A stretch of DNA of 64,000 nt from Eledone cirrhosa (taxonomy: Eukaryota): positions 83,638,001-83,702,000 of the forward strand of contig OZ024741.1 in assembly GCA_964016885.1 (NCBI GenBank), written 5' to 3'. Both the position numbers and the translations under genes were made by a program. Of the stretch, positions 34,261 through 48,532 are shown in pieces. How positions within the stretch are numbered: position 1 is the stretch's first letter; the number at the start of each line of letters is the position of its first letter. Under the pieces are notes generated by a model that saw only the letters and a list, made by a program, of their open reading frames with translations, had not been told where the DNA came from and did not search any database.

Positions 34261-35861
34261 ATGTAGGAGGTGAGTGTTATTGTAGTACAATAAAGCAATG
34301 CAGATATCGGATAAGAAGCACTCTACAGTTTGTAGGACTGGAGTATACATAATATATAAGATCAATTGTGTTGATAAAAACTTAATCTACGAATGTAAAG
34401 TTATAACTGACACCAATTCCTTCATCTATTTTGGCTCCACTTCCACCTCATTTAAAGCTCGTCTTTATAATCATCATTCGTATTTTAAATACCAACTTAA
34501 AAAAACCAACACGACTCTCTCAGAACTCATATGGTCCTTGAAAGACAAACATATTAAATAAAACATATTTTGGAAAAGGGTTTCTTCTGCTTCTTGAACA
34601 GTTCTCTATCCAAGACTTGCAATCTCTGTCTAAATGAAAAAAATACCATTATATCTAATTTAGATTATATAATAAATAGACGCACTGACTTGTTTTCTCT
34701 CTGCTTGCATAAATTCCACAGAACATTCCATAAAGTATACAGCTAATATCCAAAACTTTATCAATTTAGAATCCTTTTCTCAAAGGCACATATATATATA
34801 TATATATATATACTTCTTTAAAAATATACCCATCTTTCTACCTTATTTCAAAGTTATTTATAATACATTATATACTACTTGTTACTCATTCTATATCACT
34901 CCTATTTATCACTTCCCTTTCTTCCTTTTCCTTTTCTTTTCTTTTTCTTTTAATTTATAACCCCTAATCTGTACCTTTTCTCACTGTGCCTAACATAGAA
35001 ACAATTATTACACAATACAATATATTCTTACTTTATATCACCATGAAAAAATCCTTCGTAAACATAAACACTTTTTTGATGTTAGATTATTCATCCTCAA
35101 TTCATTATTTTTTTCTCACTTTCATGTTTCATCCTATCTTCTACATTTTTCACAATATATGCTTACTTACATTATCTTTGCTATTTTTAATAATACATAT
35201 CAACATTTTCTTTCCATTGCACATATTATTAAACTCTTAAATATTATTCTTAATGCATATTAACAATTTCTTTTCATCGCACATATTATTAAACCCTTCA
35301 ATATACAAACCTTAACTTTACATTATTTTTCTCTTCGTTAATTTTCAAATTCTTTTAATTTATACATTATCTTCCAACGGTTTTTCAAGCTCTCTATGTA
35401 AAACAATATATTTTTCTCAGTTATAAAAGCTATCTCTCTCTCTCTATCACCCATCTCTCCTCCTATCTCATCCTTCCTCATTATACTCCTCTCCCTCCAC
35501 TTTTTACTCTCATCTCCTCCTCTTTTTCATCCTTTCCCCCCCCCCCCCCCTCACATTTTTTGTTCCCCCCAATATCACACATCAATCTAAAACTACTTTT
35601 CATATGTTGATTTAAAACTGCACTATCCACAAGTGTTTTTTAACCTTCATATCATGTCTTCCTATTTTATCTGATGAAAACACAAATGTTATTGCATGAT
35701 GATATTTGTTTTTGAAATGCGCATAATAAAATACATGGAACTCTTTTAACCATCTTTTGATCTTATATATTATGTATACTCCAGTCCTACAAACTGTAGA
35801 GTGTTTCTTATCCGATATCTGCATTGCTTTATTGTACTACAATAAAACTCACCTCCTACAT
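34261..35861 (+). mobile_element. 5'-truncated Hydra-like PLE with a 105-bp inverted terminal copy (34261-34365 / 35757-35861)
   Basis: CVDKNLIYECKV..FIYFGSTST.FK.R, CNLCLNEK, INRR.DL.S.CLH remnant at 34366-34746; arms are reverse complements with ~2 mismatches. Confidence 0.85.
35663..35733 (+). ncRNA. Type I hammerhead ribozyme with canonical core and long stem II
   Basis: tattttat-CTGATGA-aaacacaaatgttattg ca tgatgatatttgttttt-GAAA-tgcgca-ta-ataaaata; perfect 8-bp stem I; palindromic stem III atgcgcat. Confidence 0.88.
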
Positions 35862-36143
35862 ATATATATATATATATATATATTGGAATAAATATGTATA
35901 TATATATGTATATATATATGTATGTATATATGTATATATATATATGTATATATATATATACACACACACATATATATACATATACACACACACATATATA
36001 TATATACACACACACATATATATATACATATACACACACACACGTATATATATATATATACACACACACACATATTCACACACACATACACACACATATA
36101 TATATATACATACACACACACATATATATATATACACACACAC

Positions 36144-36174
<31 letters not shown>

Positions 36175-36222
36175 TACATATACACACACACATACACATA
36201 TATATATACACACACATACACT

Positions 36223-36257
<35 letters not shown>

Positions 36258-36282
36258 TTATATATATATACACACACACACA

Positions 36283-36318
<36 letters not shown>
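35862..36318. repeat. Mixed (TA)n/(CA)n microsatellite
   Basis: Direct. Confidence 0.95.
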
Positions 36319-36322
<4 letters not shown>

Positions 36323-36887
36323 ATTCTGTTGATTAGTTAATTATTTGTGTTTGTTTAATAACATCTGTTCGACAGCTTATTCTGATGATTAGCGGAAATT
36401 AAAATATTTCCTTTGTCTAACATTTTGAATGACCCGCCAAAAACCGGGGGTTATTTCTCTTGCTGGCCATAACACGTAACATCTAAAGATACGATACGCT
36501 GCTGATTAGCGTCAACATTTAACCTTTTCGCCCCGTCCTCGGTAGAACGAAAACCTGTTGATGAACTGAATACTCTGTTCAATCATGAATACCATGCGCT
36601 TGCCAGTCACGTAAAACTGATATTTGATTTCGGATTCATAGAAACACTTTAAACGTATAATCGTTTAATTTATCCAGGTGTATTTTTCTCAACCTGTTAG
36701 TTCTTTCGTTACTTCGGTATATTGCGTGTTAAATTTTGCCTACAACAATGCTCGATCTGTCAAGCTATTTAAACATATGTTATTACTCTAAGGACCTACC
36801 TTATCGAGTGCTTTGCTAACTCATTATTTCATATAGTAGGCCGAATTTGCTTGCAAACCGCCAAAGATTCGATTTTACTAAGTATCC

Positions 36888-36949
<62 letters not shown>

Positions 36950-37125
36950 GTATATATATTTGTATATAGGTATATCCCCGGTTCAATCGGGGTAAACCAC
37001 TGTAAGTAAGGTATACAACACTTAGTAGAGTATACACAATTAATGTAGACATGCCTTCTACGGGACTAGCACTATTTTATTCGAAGGAAATCATCATCAT
37101 CATATATATACATGTATATATATAT

Positions 37126-37180
37126 ATGTAAGTATGTATGTATACGTACATACATATATGTATACAGACGTACAGTAGCA

Positions 37181-37218
<38 letters not shown>

Positions 37219-37584
37219 TATACATATATATACATACAGGTACACATACATATATGTACGTATCAGTTTAGCGGACGCTTATTATAACGCCCGCTTTGTT
37301 CGTTTGTAAACAAACTGAACAACCTGAATTTATGCCGTACGGTGTTAAGGCAACCACGTCACCTTTTTGTTCAACACTGACACAGGAACGATGTACTAGT
37401 TTCAAGCTTGTTAGCTATCATCAGCACCGTATACCCTTCTGCCAGATGGTTGAACGTGGTTGCCTTAACACCGTACGGCATAAATTCAGGCTGTTCAGTT
37501 TGTTTACAAACGAACAAAGCGGGCGTTATAATAAGCGTCCGCTAAACTGATACGTACATATATGTATGTGTACCTGTATGTATA

Positions 37585-37628
<44 letters not shown>

Positions 37629-37683
37629 TGCTATTGTACGTCTGTATACATATATGTATGTACGTATACATAAATACTTACAT
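37126..37683. mobile_element. Foldback/MITE-like element: ~230-bp inverted arms (37126-37359 / 37454-37683) with a 94-bp spacer
   Basis: Arms are near-perfect reverse complements and include internal (TA)n tracts. Confidence 0.75.
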
Positions 37684-37764
37684 TTAAGTAAGTGCCGTAC
37701 TAAGAGTGAGAAATGAAATTTCGTTTTCATTTTATTACAACTTATATATATATATAAATAATAG

Positions 37765-37825
37765 ATTAAAGTTTAAGCAAAGAATCGGTGCTTTCCCGCT
37801 TAGCGGGATCTTCTGAAGCTAAAAA
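37765..37825 (-). mobile_element. Diverged fragment of the 9790-10469 family carrying the CAGAAGA HHR-like motif
   Basis: Minus strand agctt-CAGAAGA-tcccgc taa gcgg-GAAA-gca ccgattctt tgc-tt-aaact; further family fragments at ~37850-37880 and 38188-38265. Confidence 0.65.
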
Positions 37826-37912
37826 ATAAAAAAAATAAAAATAAATAAATCTTCTGATTTTAGTCTTCCCGTTTATTATTATTATTATTATTATTATTAT
37901 TGTAATAACAAT

Positions 37913-38003
<91 letters not shown>

Positions 38004-38130
38004 ATTAGAAATTGACCATACAAAATATAACTACTCCATGTGTTGTTCAATTTCTAATTAAATAGCTCTGTTCTATACATAGAACACTCTTTTATCCTTT
38101 GCTTTTCCTTCGGAATTACCTACCCCCCCC

Positions 38131-38164
<34 letters not shown>

Positions 38165-38813
38165 ATAACAATAATAGTAATAATAATAAATTTGAAGACT
38201 AAAATCCAAAGAGGGCTCGATAAGCATAAATATATATCAAATATATAAGAACCGTAGAACAAATATATATATACACTTGAGTGTCTGGGTGTTTGTGGCT
38301 TATTTACGAAGAGATGGAAACTTGAAATTCGAAAATCTAGTCAACACAAGAGGAGTGGGAGAGTGAGGGAAACAGAACGAGAGAGGGAGATCAATATTTG
38401 AAAATTATAACGTACACGGAACGAATATTGGTACTTGAATTTATTTGTATGTTTTATCCCCAACCTACCATCGGCTTTTTCTGTCTACGCATCTATCTAT
38501 CCCCAGTCTCATTTCATTTTGTTTTTCCTTCTACCTCTCTTTCTGTCAATCTCTCTCCCTCTCTCTCTATAGCATTCATTTTATCGGGCTCTCTTTCTTT
38601 TTGTCTAACTCACTGTCTGAGTTATATTTTTCTATGCCAGGTTGCTTTTAATAGCAAAATCACTTTACGGAACACTAATCCTGCTTTCATAAGCAGAGTG
38701 AATTCATTTGCAATATGGTGTTTCAAATTACTGTCACAAGATTACATACACTATAGTAGGTCTGATCAATCAAGCCTGACTTAGTATTATACAACAAACA
38801 CACACATATGTAA

Positions 38814-38844
<31 letters not shown>

Positions 38845-38849
38845 CGTCT

Positions 38850-38951
<102 letters not shown>

Positions 38952-39092
38952 ATACATATATATACATACATACATACATACACACACACATATATATATA
39001 TATTACACATGGATATATGCATATATATATATATCCATATATATTATAGTGTGTGCTACGCGTATATATATATTTTATAGTGTGTGCTACGC

Positions 39093-39132
<40 letters not shown>

Positions 39133-39858
39133 GTTCACACTTTCACACAGTGGTATATATTCTTCTGGCGATTGCACAAAGTCTTGATAGCTGTGTGCAT
39201 GTTTATTTTGTACGACAGTGGCTCAACAGTTTTATTAGTATATTCTTGTTGTTTATCCCTATAATATTTCCCCAATGGTATCACACCCTCAACGTCTATT
39301 CTTAAGTAAACCAGACTATGTTATGTTACACGGTGTTTTCGTATTCAAAACGGAGGAGAGAGATGTGAGCGGTATTTGATTGGTATTCCCCGGCTGATTA
39401 CGAACGATCAAATTGAGCCTCCATTTTTATTAGATATGAAATCATGATATATTGATTTTCAAATATGTACATTGTCATTGTAAATCGGTGTTTTATTTCA
39501 CGGAATTACTTAATAAATTTATATATGTCAAGACCTTACTACAAAATATATTTAATAAATGTGATATTGAATAAGTTTTCTGAAATATAAGCCCATAGAT
39601 ATTTGTTTATTTACTTAAATAATGTTGTACATATATAGCACGATAAAGCCACCTTTCTCTCTTCGTTCTCCCTTTCTTTCTACAAACACACTCATATATT
39701 ATATATATACACGATATTGAGTATATATATATGAGTGTGTGTGTCTGTGTGTTTGTGCGTATGTGTGTGTGCGTATGTCAGCCTGTGTATATACATATGT
39801 GTTCGCGTATGCATATCTATCTATCTACATATATATATATAAACATACATACATAATT

Positions 39859-40037
39859 AATTGTTTCTACTTTAGGCACAAGGCCAGCAATTATCCAGTG
39901 CATTACTGGTACTTTATTTTATCGACCCCGTAAGGATGAAAGGCAAAGTCAACCTCAGCGGGATTTGAACTCAGATCGTAAAGGGACGTAACTATGCTGG
40001 AAAGCATGGCGTCCGACCCTCTACCGATACTGCCAAT
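39859..40037 (-). mobile_element. tRNA-derived SINE
   Basis: Minus-strand box A-like TGGCAGTATCGG and box B GTTCAAATCC; three similar copies in the window. Confidence 0.85.
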
Positions 40038-40245
40038 AAGTTCCGTTTCCAAGTCTGCTCGGAGTGCTGTAAGTTCCCAATAAAGTAAAATACTGCACAA
40101 CAAGCGAATTGTGGAAATGCCTAAAAGATATAGGAATATATGCGACATACCAAAAGAGCTATGTCAGAAAATACATCTGAGAGAGCAAGCTCGCGTTTTT
40201 AGAGGATAAATATTTGCTATGTAATACGTTAGTTCATTTCTGCAC

Positions 40246-40312
<67 letters not shown>

Positions 40313-40364
40313 AAGAGAGAAAGAGAGATGTATGTATATATATATATAGCGTGATAGATAGATA

Positions 40365-43300
40365 AGTTTCTATTTATTTGCCACGAGGGCACAAAATAAG
40401 GGGGCAAATACAAGGGGGAAGTTTACATAAAGGAACGAGTAAAAAAAACAAAAACAAATATAAAATTAACAATACAGTCCTCAATAGGGAGGAGGCGTTT
40501 TGGGGGTTACACACACCCCTCGGTAGCACTGCCAGGCCAGGGACTTCTGGAAGTTGTCCATAGGTCCCGGGCCAAATTTCCTCCCGAATAAGTTGGCCAG
40601 TTCGTCTTCCTCCATGCCTAGGGCTTGTCCGAGCGCGTCGTCGCACCTACTAACCACCAGCCCTCTATAATATGACGAGGTGGAGTCTCCACCGATAGCC
40701 GGGTCCGCCTGCCAGAGAGCCCTGAGCGCCTGGGCACACTCGGTGTGCCAGGCGCCCAGTTTTCTCGGTCTTTGCTTGACCCAGGACTGCAGCTCGGTGA
40801 GCGAGACGACTCTCGGAAAGGCTCGCTTCACAAACCGGGCCCACACCGGTTGACCGGTGAGGAATACCTGGAGGTGTCGTAGCCTTAATGCGTATTTACG
40901 CATCAACAGCCACGGCAGCCCCAGCCCTCCTTTCGAAGGGTGTTGACAGCAGATGGATCTCCTCACCAAAGGAGCCCGCTTCTTCCAAAGGAATTGGAAG
41001 AGTGCGCGCTCCATTTGGTGAGCATTTCCCTTGGGCAAGGCACGACGGTCAGACGGTAATAGATAACGGACTCTATATAAGCGTTCACCACCTCCGCCCG
41101 ACCTTTCAGGGATAGTTTGCACTCAGCCCACTTCCGCGTCAGCGCAAACACCCTGTTCGATACCTCACCCCAGTTCTTCTCCAACTGGAGGTCTGGCCCG
41201 AACCAGACTCCGAGCAACTTCACCAGGCCCTCCGTCCAACGTCCGACGACGCCGTTGGAGGCCATCGGTTTGCTCCGCCACTCGCCGAGTTGCAAAACGA
41301 CTGACTTGTCCTGGTTCAGCTTAGCCCCTGTAAATGTTTCGTATTCCTCCACTAAGGTGCCGATCACTCCGATTTCCGAGGCGGTTGACACCATTACTGT
41401 CACGTCATCGGCGTAGCCGACACCGCTTTCCGCAATCCCGGTTCGAAAGGGATGCCTTGTAACAACTCCAACTTCCGCAGCAGTGGCTCTAGGGCCAATA
41501 CATACAGAAGGGAGGAGAGAGGGCATCCCTATCGGATGGACCTCGTGATTTCGAACGGCTCCGAGAGGTAGCCGTTCACCTTGACCTTATAGCAGATGCG
41601 GCTGCTGTGCATGGCAGTGATCCAGCCCCTGAAAATGGGTCCGAAACGTGCCGCCACTAGCACCGCATCCAGGTAACGATGGTCGACCCTATCGAACGCT
41701 TTAGATTGATCCAAGCTGATCAGGGCCCCACCAAAGCCGGGTTCGTTCCCAACCCTCTCTATGATGTATCGAATGAGATGAAGGTCATCGTGAATGGACC
41801 TGGACGGGATGGCGCATGTCTGTGCATCTCCCACTAGGTTGCCCACGACAAGCGCCAACCTTTTTGCTAACACCTGGGCCAAAATCTTTAACTCTGCATT
41901 TAGCAGTGTTATGGGCCTAAAATTACTTATTTCATCCCCCTTGTTCTCGTCCTTCCTCACTAGCGAGACTACGCCCTTGGTCACAGAACAGGGAATTCTC
42001 CCGCTCTGTTGCCAGTTGCAGTAAACCGCTTCGAGGAAATAAAAAAAAACAAGTCCGGCATACTTAAATACAGTTCGTATGGAAGAACATCGAGGCCCGG
42101 AGATTTGCGTCTGCCGCATTGGCTCAGCACGTCCCCTATTTCAGCAGCTGAGATCGGCCTCTCGCAGGACTTCGCCTCCTCGTCAGAAAGACGCGGCAGG
42201 CTGTCGAGGTATGGACCGAGGTCCACATCCCCATCCGCCCCCTCGCTCCTTCCGAACAATCGGGCAAAGTGCCTTTGAAAAGCCTTGCACATCTGCTTAG
42301 GAGCAAGGATCACCCATCCATCCTGGTCTCGTAAAGACCGGATAGTGGATCTAGTCCCACTTTTGGCTTCTCTCACGCGGGCCCAGCTAACAGCTTTGGT
42401 CCTCTCGTTTCCCAGAGTACGTATTTTGCTTCGGACAACGCAGCCTTCGTTTTTCGCATCGAAGAACTGGCCGAAGGCCGTTCTCGACGTTAGCACTCTG
42501 GCTACGTCGCCGCTTCTAATTGCCTCTTCTACACTATCTACCAACTCCCTTTCCTTTCTATTTCTATCTGAGGCTAACTCCTTACTAACTCCTATTGAAG
42601 CTACTCTAATCTCTCTTTTGAGAGAGCCCCACCACCTGCTGTTAACGATGGCGCCCGTCAACTGCTCCTTAACTAATGTACTAATCTGGTTCCTGTAAGC
42701 TTTACTTGCCGGTAAGGACAAGTTGAGCTTCCAGTAACCGGGTCCCTGTCTATGCGTTCTATCAAGGTTGACCATGGAGGTCACTAACTTGTGGTCTGAA
42801 TAGCCAACCATGAGCATTTTCGGACAACTTAAAAGTCCTATCCTTATTTCTAACTGAGAACCTATCTAGGTACGATCTAGATTGACCGCTATGGTTTCTC
42901 CAAGTCCAGGTTGGCACAACCGGAAAATCTAGTCGATATCTATCGGCCAGGTCGAATCGGCCGATTAACCCCTTGAGGCTGTTACAACCCCCTCTATCAG
43001 GACATGCCCCTACATAGTCCCAACGTGCATCTAGGATACCATTCCAGTCCCCCCACTAAAAGCAAGGAGCGGGACGTCCCTAGAAAAGTCTCCAGACAAT
43101 GAAAGAAGTCCGGCCGCGTTGACCCAAAAGGGCCGTAGATGGCGACCAGCCTAAAAGCTCCGCCTTCACCACTGCCAATGTCCAGAACCACTAGTCGACC
43201 CTCCTGATCCAAGTGTACCGAGACCCAGATGTTTTTGCAGCAGAGCGTCAACCACACCCCCACCTTCGGACTGACAGAGAGATGCGTGCATCTCAAAGTC

Positions 43301-45495
43301 ATCAAAGGTGGGGGGGGGGGGGGGGCAGCTGTCGCACGCTACTGATCCGGGCCTCGCAAATAACCATCACATTTATACATCGTGACCTGAGGTCATTTAG
43401 AAGCATTGCTTGCTTTCATGGCGAGCCCAGGCCACGCGCATTTAGACAACCTATTCTCAACACAGCCATGTTGGTGGGGGATGGGTTGTTGGGTGGAGTG
43501 GTGGTTTGTGGAAGTGTAGGGTCATTAGTGTGTGGTGGGGTTGGGGTGTTTGGAGTTGTGTGGGTGTCTGCGAGGAGGGGGGGATTTTTTAGGAGGACAC
43601 GGTTAATCGTTCTGACGCGGGGGGGGGGGCACGTCCTCTTTAAAAGTGTCTTTTAACGTTTTGTAAATGTACATTGGTGTTTTTATCATTTTTAGATGGG
43701 GGAAGCCCATTTGCTTGTGCGAAACTCGAACCTTCGGTTTTTATTAAGTTGTTATTATAAATAACGTTTAACAGATTTTTCTTTATTGTACTTATGTAAG
43801 TATATGCAAATTTTTCCTTTTGCGTGATGTTTTTTGTTTGCTGTTGTTGCGTGTGTTTTTCGTGTTGATGTCTGTGTTATGGCTTGGGGAGGGGTTGTTT
43901 GTATGTGTTCCTGTGGTGTGTTTTCTTTTAACTTTGTGAAAGTGTCCCCCCCCCCCTCGTCTGACGACGAAAGGAGGTCGTCTTCCGTATTCGAGGGGAG
44001 CGGTTCATTTTCGGCTCGTGTTTGTGGTGTGGTTGTTATTGTATTTGTTTTCTGAGGGGGGGGGGGGTCAGTTGTGTTTTAACTTGTGGTGTTAGTTGTT
44101 TTTGTGGTGGTGGTGGAGGTTGTGTTGTTAGTGTTGTAGTTGTTGGTGTGGGCAAAATCGGTGTTTTTTTGTTTGTTTGTGAACAGGCAGCCCTCAGGTG
44201 ACCTCTGCCACCACAGGGGTAACAAGCGGGCCGTCTTCCCCCCACTGTGATGTGTAAGTAGGCAAGCCCATCCAGCAATATGCGGTCGGAGATCCTAGCC
44301 TATTCGTTCTGGCTGCATTTGCACCAGAACTTGCAGGTTAGTTCCACCAAACACGTTGCTGGAAGACTTACCTTCCGAAATTACTGCATCCACTTTCAAG
44401 TCGAGGAGGCCACACAGTACCGCCCAGAAATCAATATCTGGATCGATACTGTGTTTTTCATCCAAAATAAGTGGGGAAAAGGGTAAATAAGGGGGACACA
44501 ATTGGGGCCAGGGAATGTTTTCGGCCGTCAATTTATCTTTCATTCGGATGGATAGACTACCGTAGAGTCTATCCATCCGAATGAATACAATGTTTTTCAG
44601 ATGATCTTTTAACGCCAGTTCAATCTCTGTCTGTGTGAGTTGTACTGGCTTACGGGTTTTGTTTGATATTGTCCTATAAATAGTAGTTTTTAAGCTATTT
44701 TCCTTTTTTAGCTCTGGGGGAGAATTTAAAGAAAATAGACCATTCTCCTCCAAAGTTATATACTTCCGTGCATTTTCCATTTGCTGGGCCATGTTCGAAA
44801 TGTCAATAGGTTCGTACACGAGAGGTTTTTTATGCTTTGCGCGAACGTCATTTTGTTCGCCCCCTCTCTGTTTACATTTGTCGAAATGTGGTTTTCTTGT
44901 TTTTTGTTGTTCCAATTTTCAGTTTTTGTTGTGTTTGTGTTATTTATGTTGGTGTATGCGTTCACATTGTTTCCCCCGTTGGAGTTAAACTTCATTTTTT
45001 CAAAATGTTCACTTATATTTTCAGTATCCGAGAGACTTGTAGTCACAGCTACTACTTCTCTTTTACCTTTGCTGGTGGTCGTGGCACCGTGAAAAGTCGA
45101 AACGGCATCCATTAATTTTGGCAATTTCTCCGAGTCAATTTTTTTCACATTTTTTTCATTAGGGTTAGGCTCCATTTTTTTCAATATTTCTAATAATCAT
45201 TATTCTTTCAGTAGGGAGGCTTGTTGCCTCCGCTACCCGCTCTCCTTCAGTTTGTTTAGTGGGCGTGTCATCGTTACCTGTGGTAATGGCTTCCATTACC
45301 ACTAGCGTAGAGACAATTACAAGATTTTTAGGATGAAAAATGTCACCCCAAAAGGGGTGAAATAAATTAACCCTAATGTCAGAAGACCCAGGCAATTAAC
45401 ACAATAACGCAAGTATACAGACAAACACTTACTGTTAACACGTAATATCTCCAATACTCGAGGAGCCGATGTGAAGAACGTCTATACCATCCGGA
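40365..45495 (-). mobile_element. Tx1/L1-group LINE, near full length, decayed; flanked by (GATA)n
   Basis: ORF1 with CYPCGGRGHLRAAC knuckle; ORF2 from ATG at 43469: APE (GCLNARGL, SDH, GYWKLN), RT ([33 protein letters not shown]), GGLGL; many frameshifts. Confidence 0.92.
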
Positions 45496-45516
45496 GATAG
45501 ATAGATTGATATATAT

Positions 45517-45576
<60 letters not shown>

Positions 45577-45810
45577 AGAGTAGACAGAGAGGGAGAGAGA
45601 AAAGAGAGAGAGCGAGATGGTGAAATTAACAGACCTGCTTTTACTCGAAGAACTTTTTATCGTTTTTCCCTGCTCTCTCTCCTCTATATTTCAATTACTT
45701 TTTTACTTTCTCATTCTATTTCATGGTGAAGAGCTAGCGTCCAAAACGTTGAGGCATTTACTACAATATTTCATTTTTGCACAGCTCTCTCTCTCTCTCT
45801 TCCATCTCTC

Positions 45811-45865
<55 letters not shown>

Positions 45866-45992
45866 GCGTGCATACACACACACACACATTTTACTACAAT
45901 ATTAAGCGTGAATATATCTAAAGTATATCTTCTTTCAACTTAGTCGTATGTTCTGTTCTTTACGTTTACTTTTCACATATATACTCCCCCCC

Positions 45993-46042
<50 letters not shown>

Positions 46043-46693
46043 ATATGTGTGAAAAGTAAACGTAAAGAACACAACATACGACTAAGTTGAAAGAAGATAT
46101 ATGTATTTGTATATGAGAAAATATATGCATATATATTAATGTGTGTATCTGAGTATGTATGTGTAGTGGGGTACATATATGTGCCTGTTCGCCTGTGCGT
46201 GTGTGCATATATATATATATACTGACAAAGATACAGCCAGATACACACCAGCCCATCAATTTTTATACATTACAATCATATATGTAGAAATTGTGATAAA
46301 TAATATGTAATAAACCATAAATGTTTATTACGAGAACAATTTCAATAATTTCCTCTGTTGTAATATTAAGAGATATTTCCTGTGAAAACTAATACCGTGT
46401 GTTCTAATAGTGTTGTAGATAGAGACATACGCACACACATCTTACCAAATACATATACAGGCATGGGCACATATACTCTCAGGAAAAGCCATATGCATAC
46501 AGGCATATATTTGCTGACGCACACAAGCACAAAGTTGCGGTATAAATCTTACAGATGAAAAGATATATACGCACTCATATATCTATTATCACACACAACA
46601 ATCTACACAATCTCAAGGACATAGCAGTACATAAGCAGCACACCAATTATATAGTTATGGTCAAACACTGTCAGACACACAAACATACACACA

Positions 46694-46797
<104 letters not shown>

Positions 46798-46851
46798 AAG
46801 TTATATTTAAAATTGTTGGGTTACAACTAGTAAATATTTATAACTGATATA

Positions 46852-47110
46852 ATTTCGGGGATATCATATTAACAATATGCTATGCCTTCATCAGACAAAA
46901 TACAATATAAACAGTTTTATAGATAAATATATTCGACATACCGTAATAAACATCAACTTCATTTGAAGAGGTTCACTCTGCTAGAGTGAACCTCTTCAAA
47001 TGAAGTTGATGTTTATTACGGTATGTCGAATATATTTATCTATAAAACTGTTTATATTGTATTTTGTCTGATGAAGGCATAGCATATTGTTAATATGATA
47101 TCCCCGAAAT
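46852..47110. repeat. Perfect palindrome: 128-bp arms, 3-nt loop; each arm carries an HHR core pointing outward
   Basis: 46852-46979 is the reverse complement of 46983-47110. Confidence 0.92.
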
Positions 47111-47125
47111 ATATATAATGAAATA
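47060..47125 (+). ncRNA. Type I hammerhead ribozyme motif, canonical core
   Basis: tattttgt-CTGATGA-aggcatagcatattgttaatatgatatcccc-GAAA-tatata-ta-atgaaata; 8-bp stem I with two GU pairs; imperfect long stem II. Confidence 0.72.
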
Positions 47126-47166
47126 AATATGGTTTTATAAATATAGTTTTCCATTTATTTAATATT

Positions 47167-47205
<39 letters not shown>

Positions 47206-47516
47206 CACGCACAAACACACATACATGCATACTTACATTCACAGGCGATCACATAAATGCATGCACACATATATACAATCGCAGACATATATACACACAC
47301 ATTCATATACAAATCATTAAACTTGATATAAAAAAGACAGAAGAAATGGTGGGGGTATGGAATTGTGTGGGGGTTGAACAAAGGCTGAAGTCAGCATAGT
47401 ATTGACTGATTAGATATATATGAGATGTATATGAGAGATGAGGAGAAAGGTGGAAGACCAAATCAGGGCGGCAGGGATAGATAAATAGATAGATAGATAA
47501 ATAGTTAGATAGATAG

Positions 47517-47720
47517 ATATCTTTCTTTATTTGCCACAGGGGCGCACACAATGGGACATTACAAGACGTGACGACGGGGGTTTTACATAAAAACCATATA
47601 ACTTTAACATTGATAAATAACAATAAACTATATATAATAAAATAACAATTGAAGTCCCCAATAGAGGGGAACGTTACTGCAGGGTTGTTTTACACCCTGT
47701 GGATAGAACAACCCTCAACA
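47517..47720 (-). mobile_element. Tx1-family 3' UTR fragment next to (GATA)n
   Basis: tttatttgccacagggggcgcac...gggac matches the 3' end of the 40365 element. Confidence 0.7.
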
Positions 47721-47810
47721 CCAGCAACACGTTTTGTAGGTGTTCCCGTCTTCTGTCTGTTCATCTTCCTCAACCTACAGGTTTATATACAGAGAAGGCC
47801 CAGATAGATA

Positions 47811-47906
47811 TGTTTCTTTATTAGTCACAGGGGCGCAAAAGAAGGGGACAAATACAAAGGGAGAAGTTTACATACAATAAAAACGTGTAAAATATTATCA
47901 CAAATG
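47811..47906 (-). mobile_element. 96-bp Tx1-family 3' fragment with a ~21-bp target-site duplication
   Basis: Flanked by cagagaaggcc(c/t)agatagata at 47790-47810 and 47907-47927. Confidence 0.75.
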
Positions 47907-47948
47907 CAGAGAAGGCCTAGATAGATAGAAAGATACATAGATAGATAG

Positions 47949-47979
<31 letters not shown>

Positions 47980-47995
47980 CAGACAGACAGGCGAG

Positions 47996-48027
<32 letters not shown>

Positions 48028-48449
48028 AGATAATGAGCGAAAGAGTAAGACAGAAAGTGGGAGGGAATATTCGAGAAATGGAAGTGAACGAAACAGACAG
48101 AGAATGATTGGATGAGAAAGTAAGAGAAATAAGATATAAATGAAAGGACACAAGGTGACAGACAGAGAGGGGGGAGGGGTAGAAGAGGGAGAGATGAGAA
48201 AAAAACAATGACAGAGAGGTTCGGGAGAAGAAGGGAATGAAATGTAATGTTCATTGACAACAAGAGAGGAAGATAGAGAGAGTAGGCTGAAAATGAGGCA
48301 GATGGATGGAATGGTTCAGGAACCTTTAATATATAAAAGACAGTGAAAGACAGCTTAGCTTATATTGGAAGAGAGAACAGCGCCTCAGGACATCGGTTAT
48401 TAACAATGCTTGTGGTCAGCAATGTCAATATAGTAGACTTCAATATATC

Positions 48450-48532
<83 letters not shown>

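Noticed and set aside
34595-34597. TGA in the endonuclease remnant as a third Sec candidate
   Set aside because: It is not at a Cys position, and it sits beside a frameshift and a TAA stop, so it is ordinary decay.
36382-36420. CTGATGA followed by a hairpin
   Set aside because: No GAAA after the stem and no stem I or III.
39859-40037. tRNA gene (box A/B present; same for 52769 and 62371)
   Set aside because: No cloverleaf; the head is fused to a multi-copy body, so it is a SINE.
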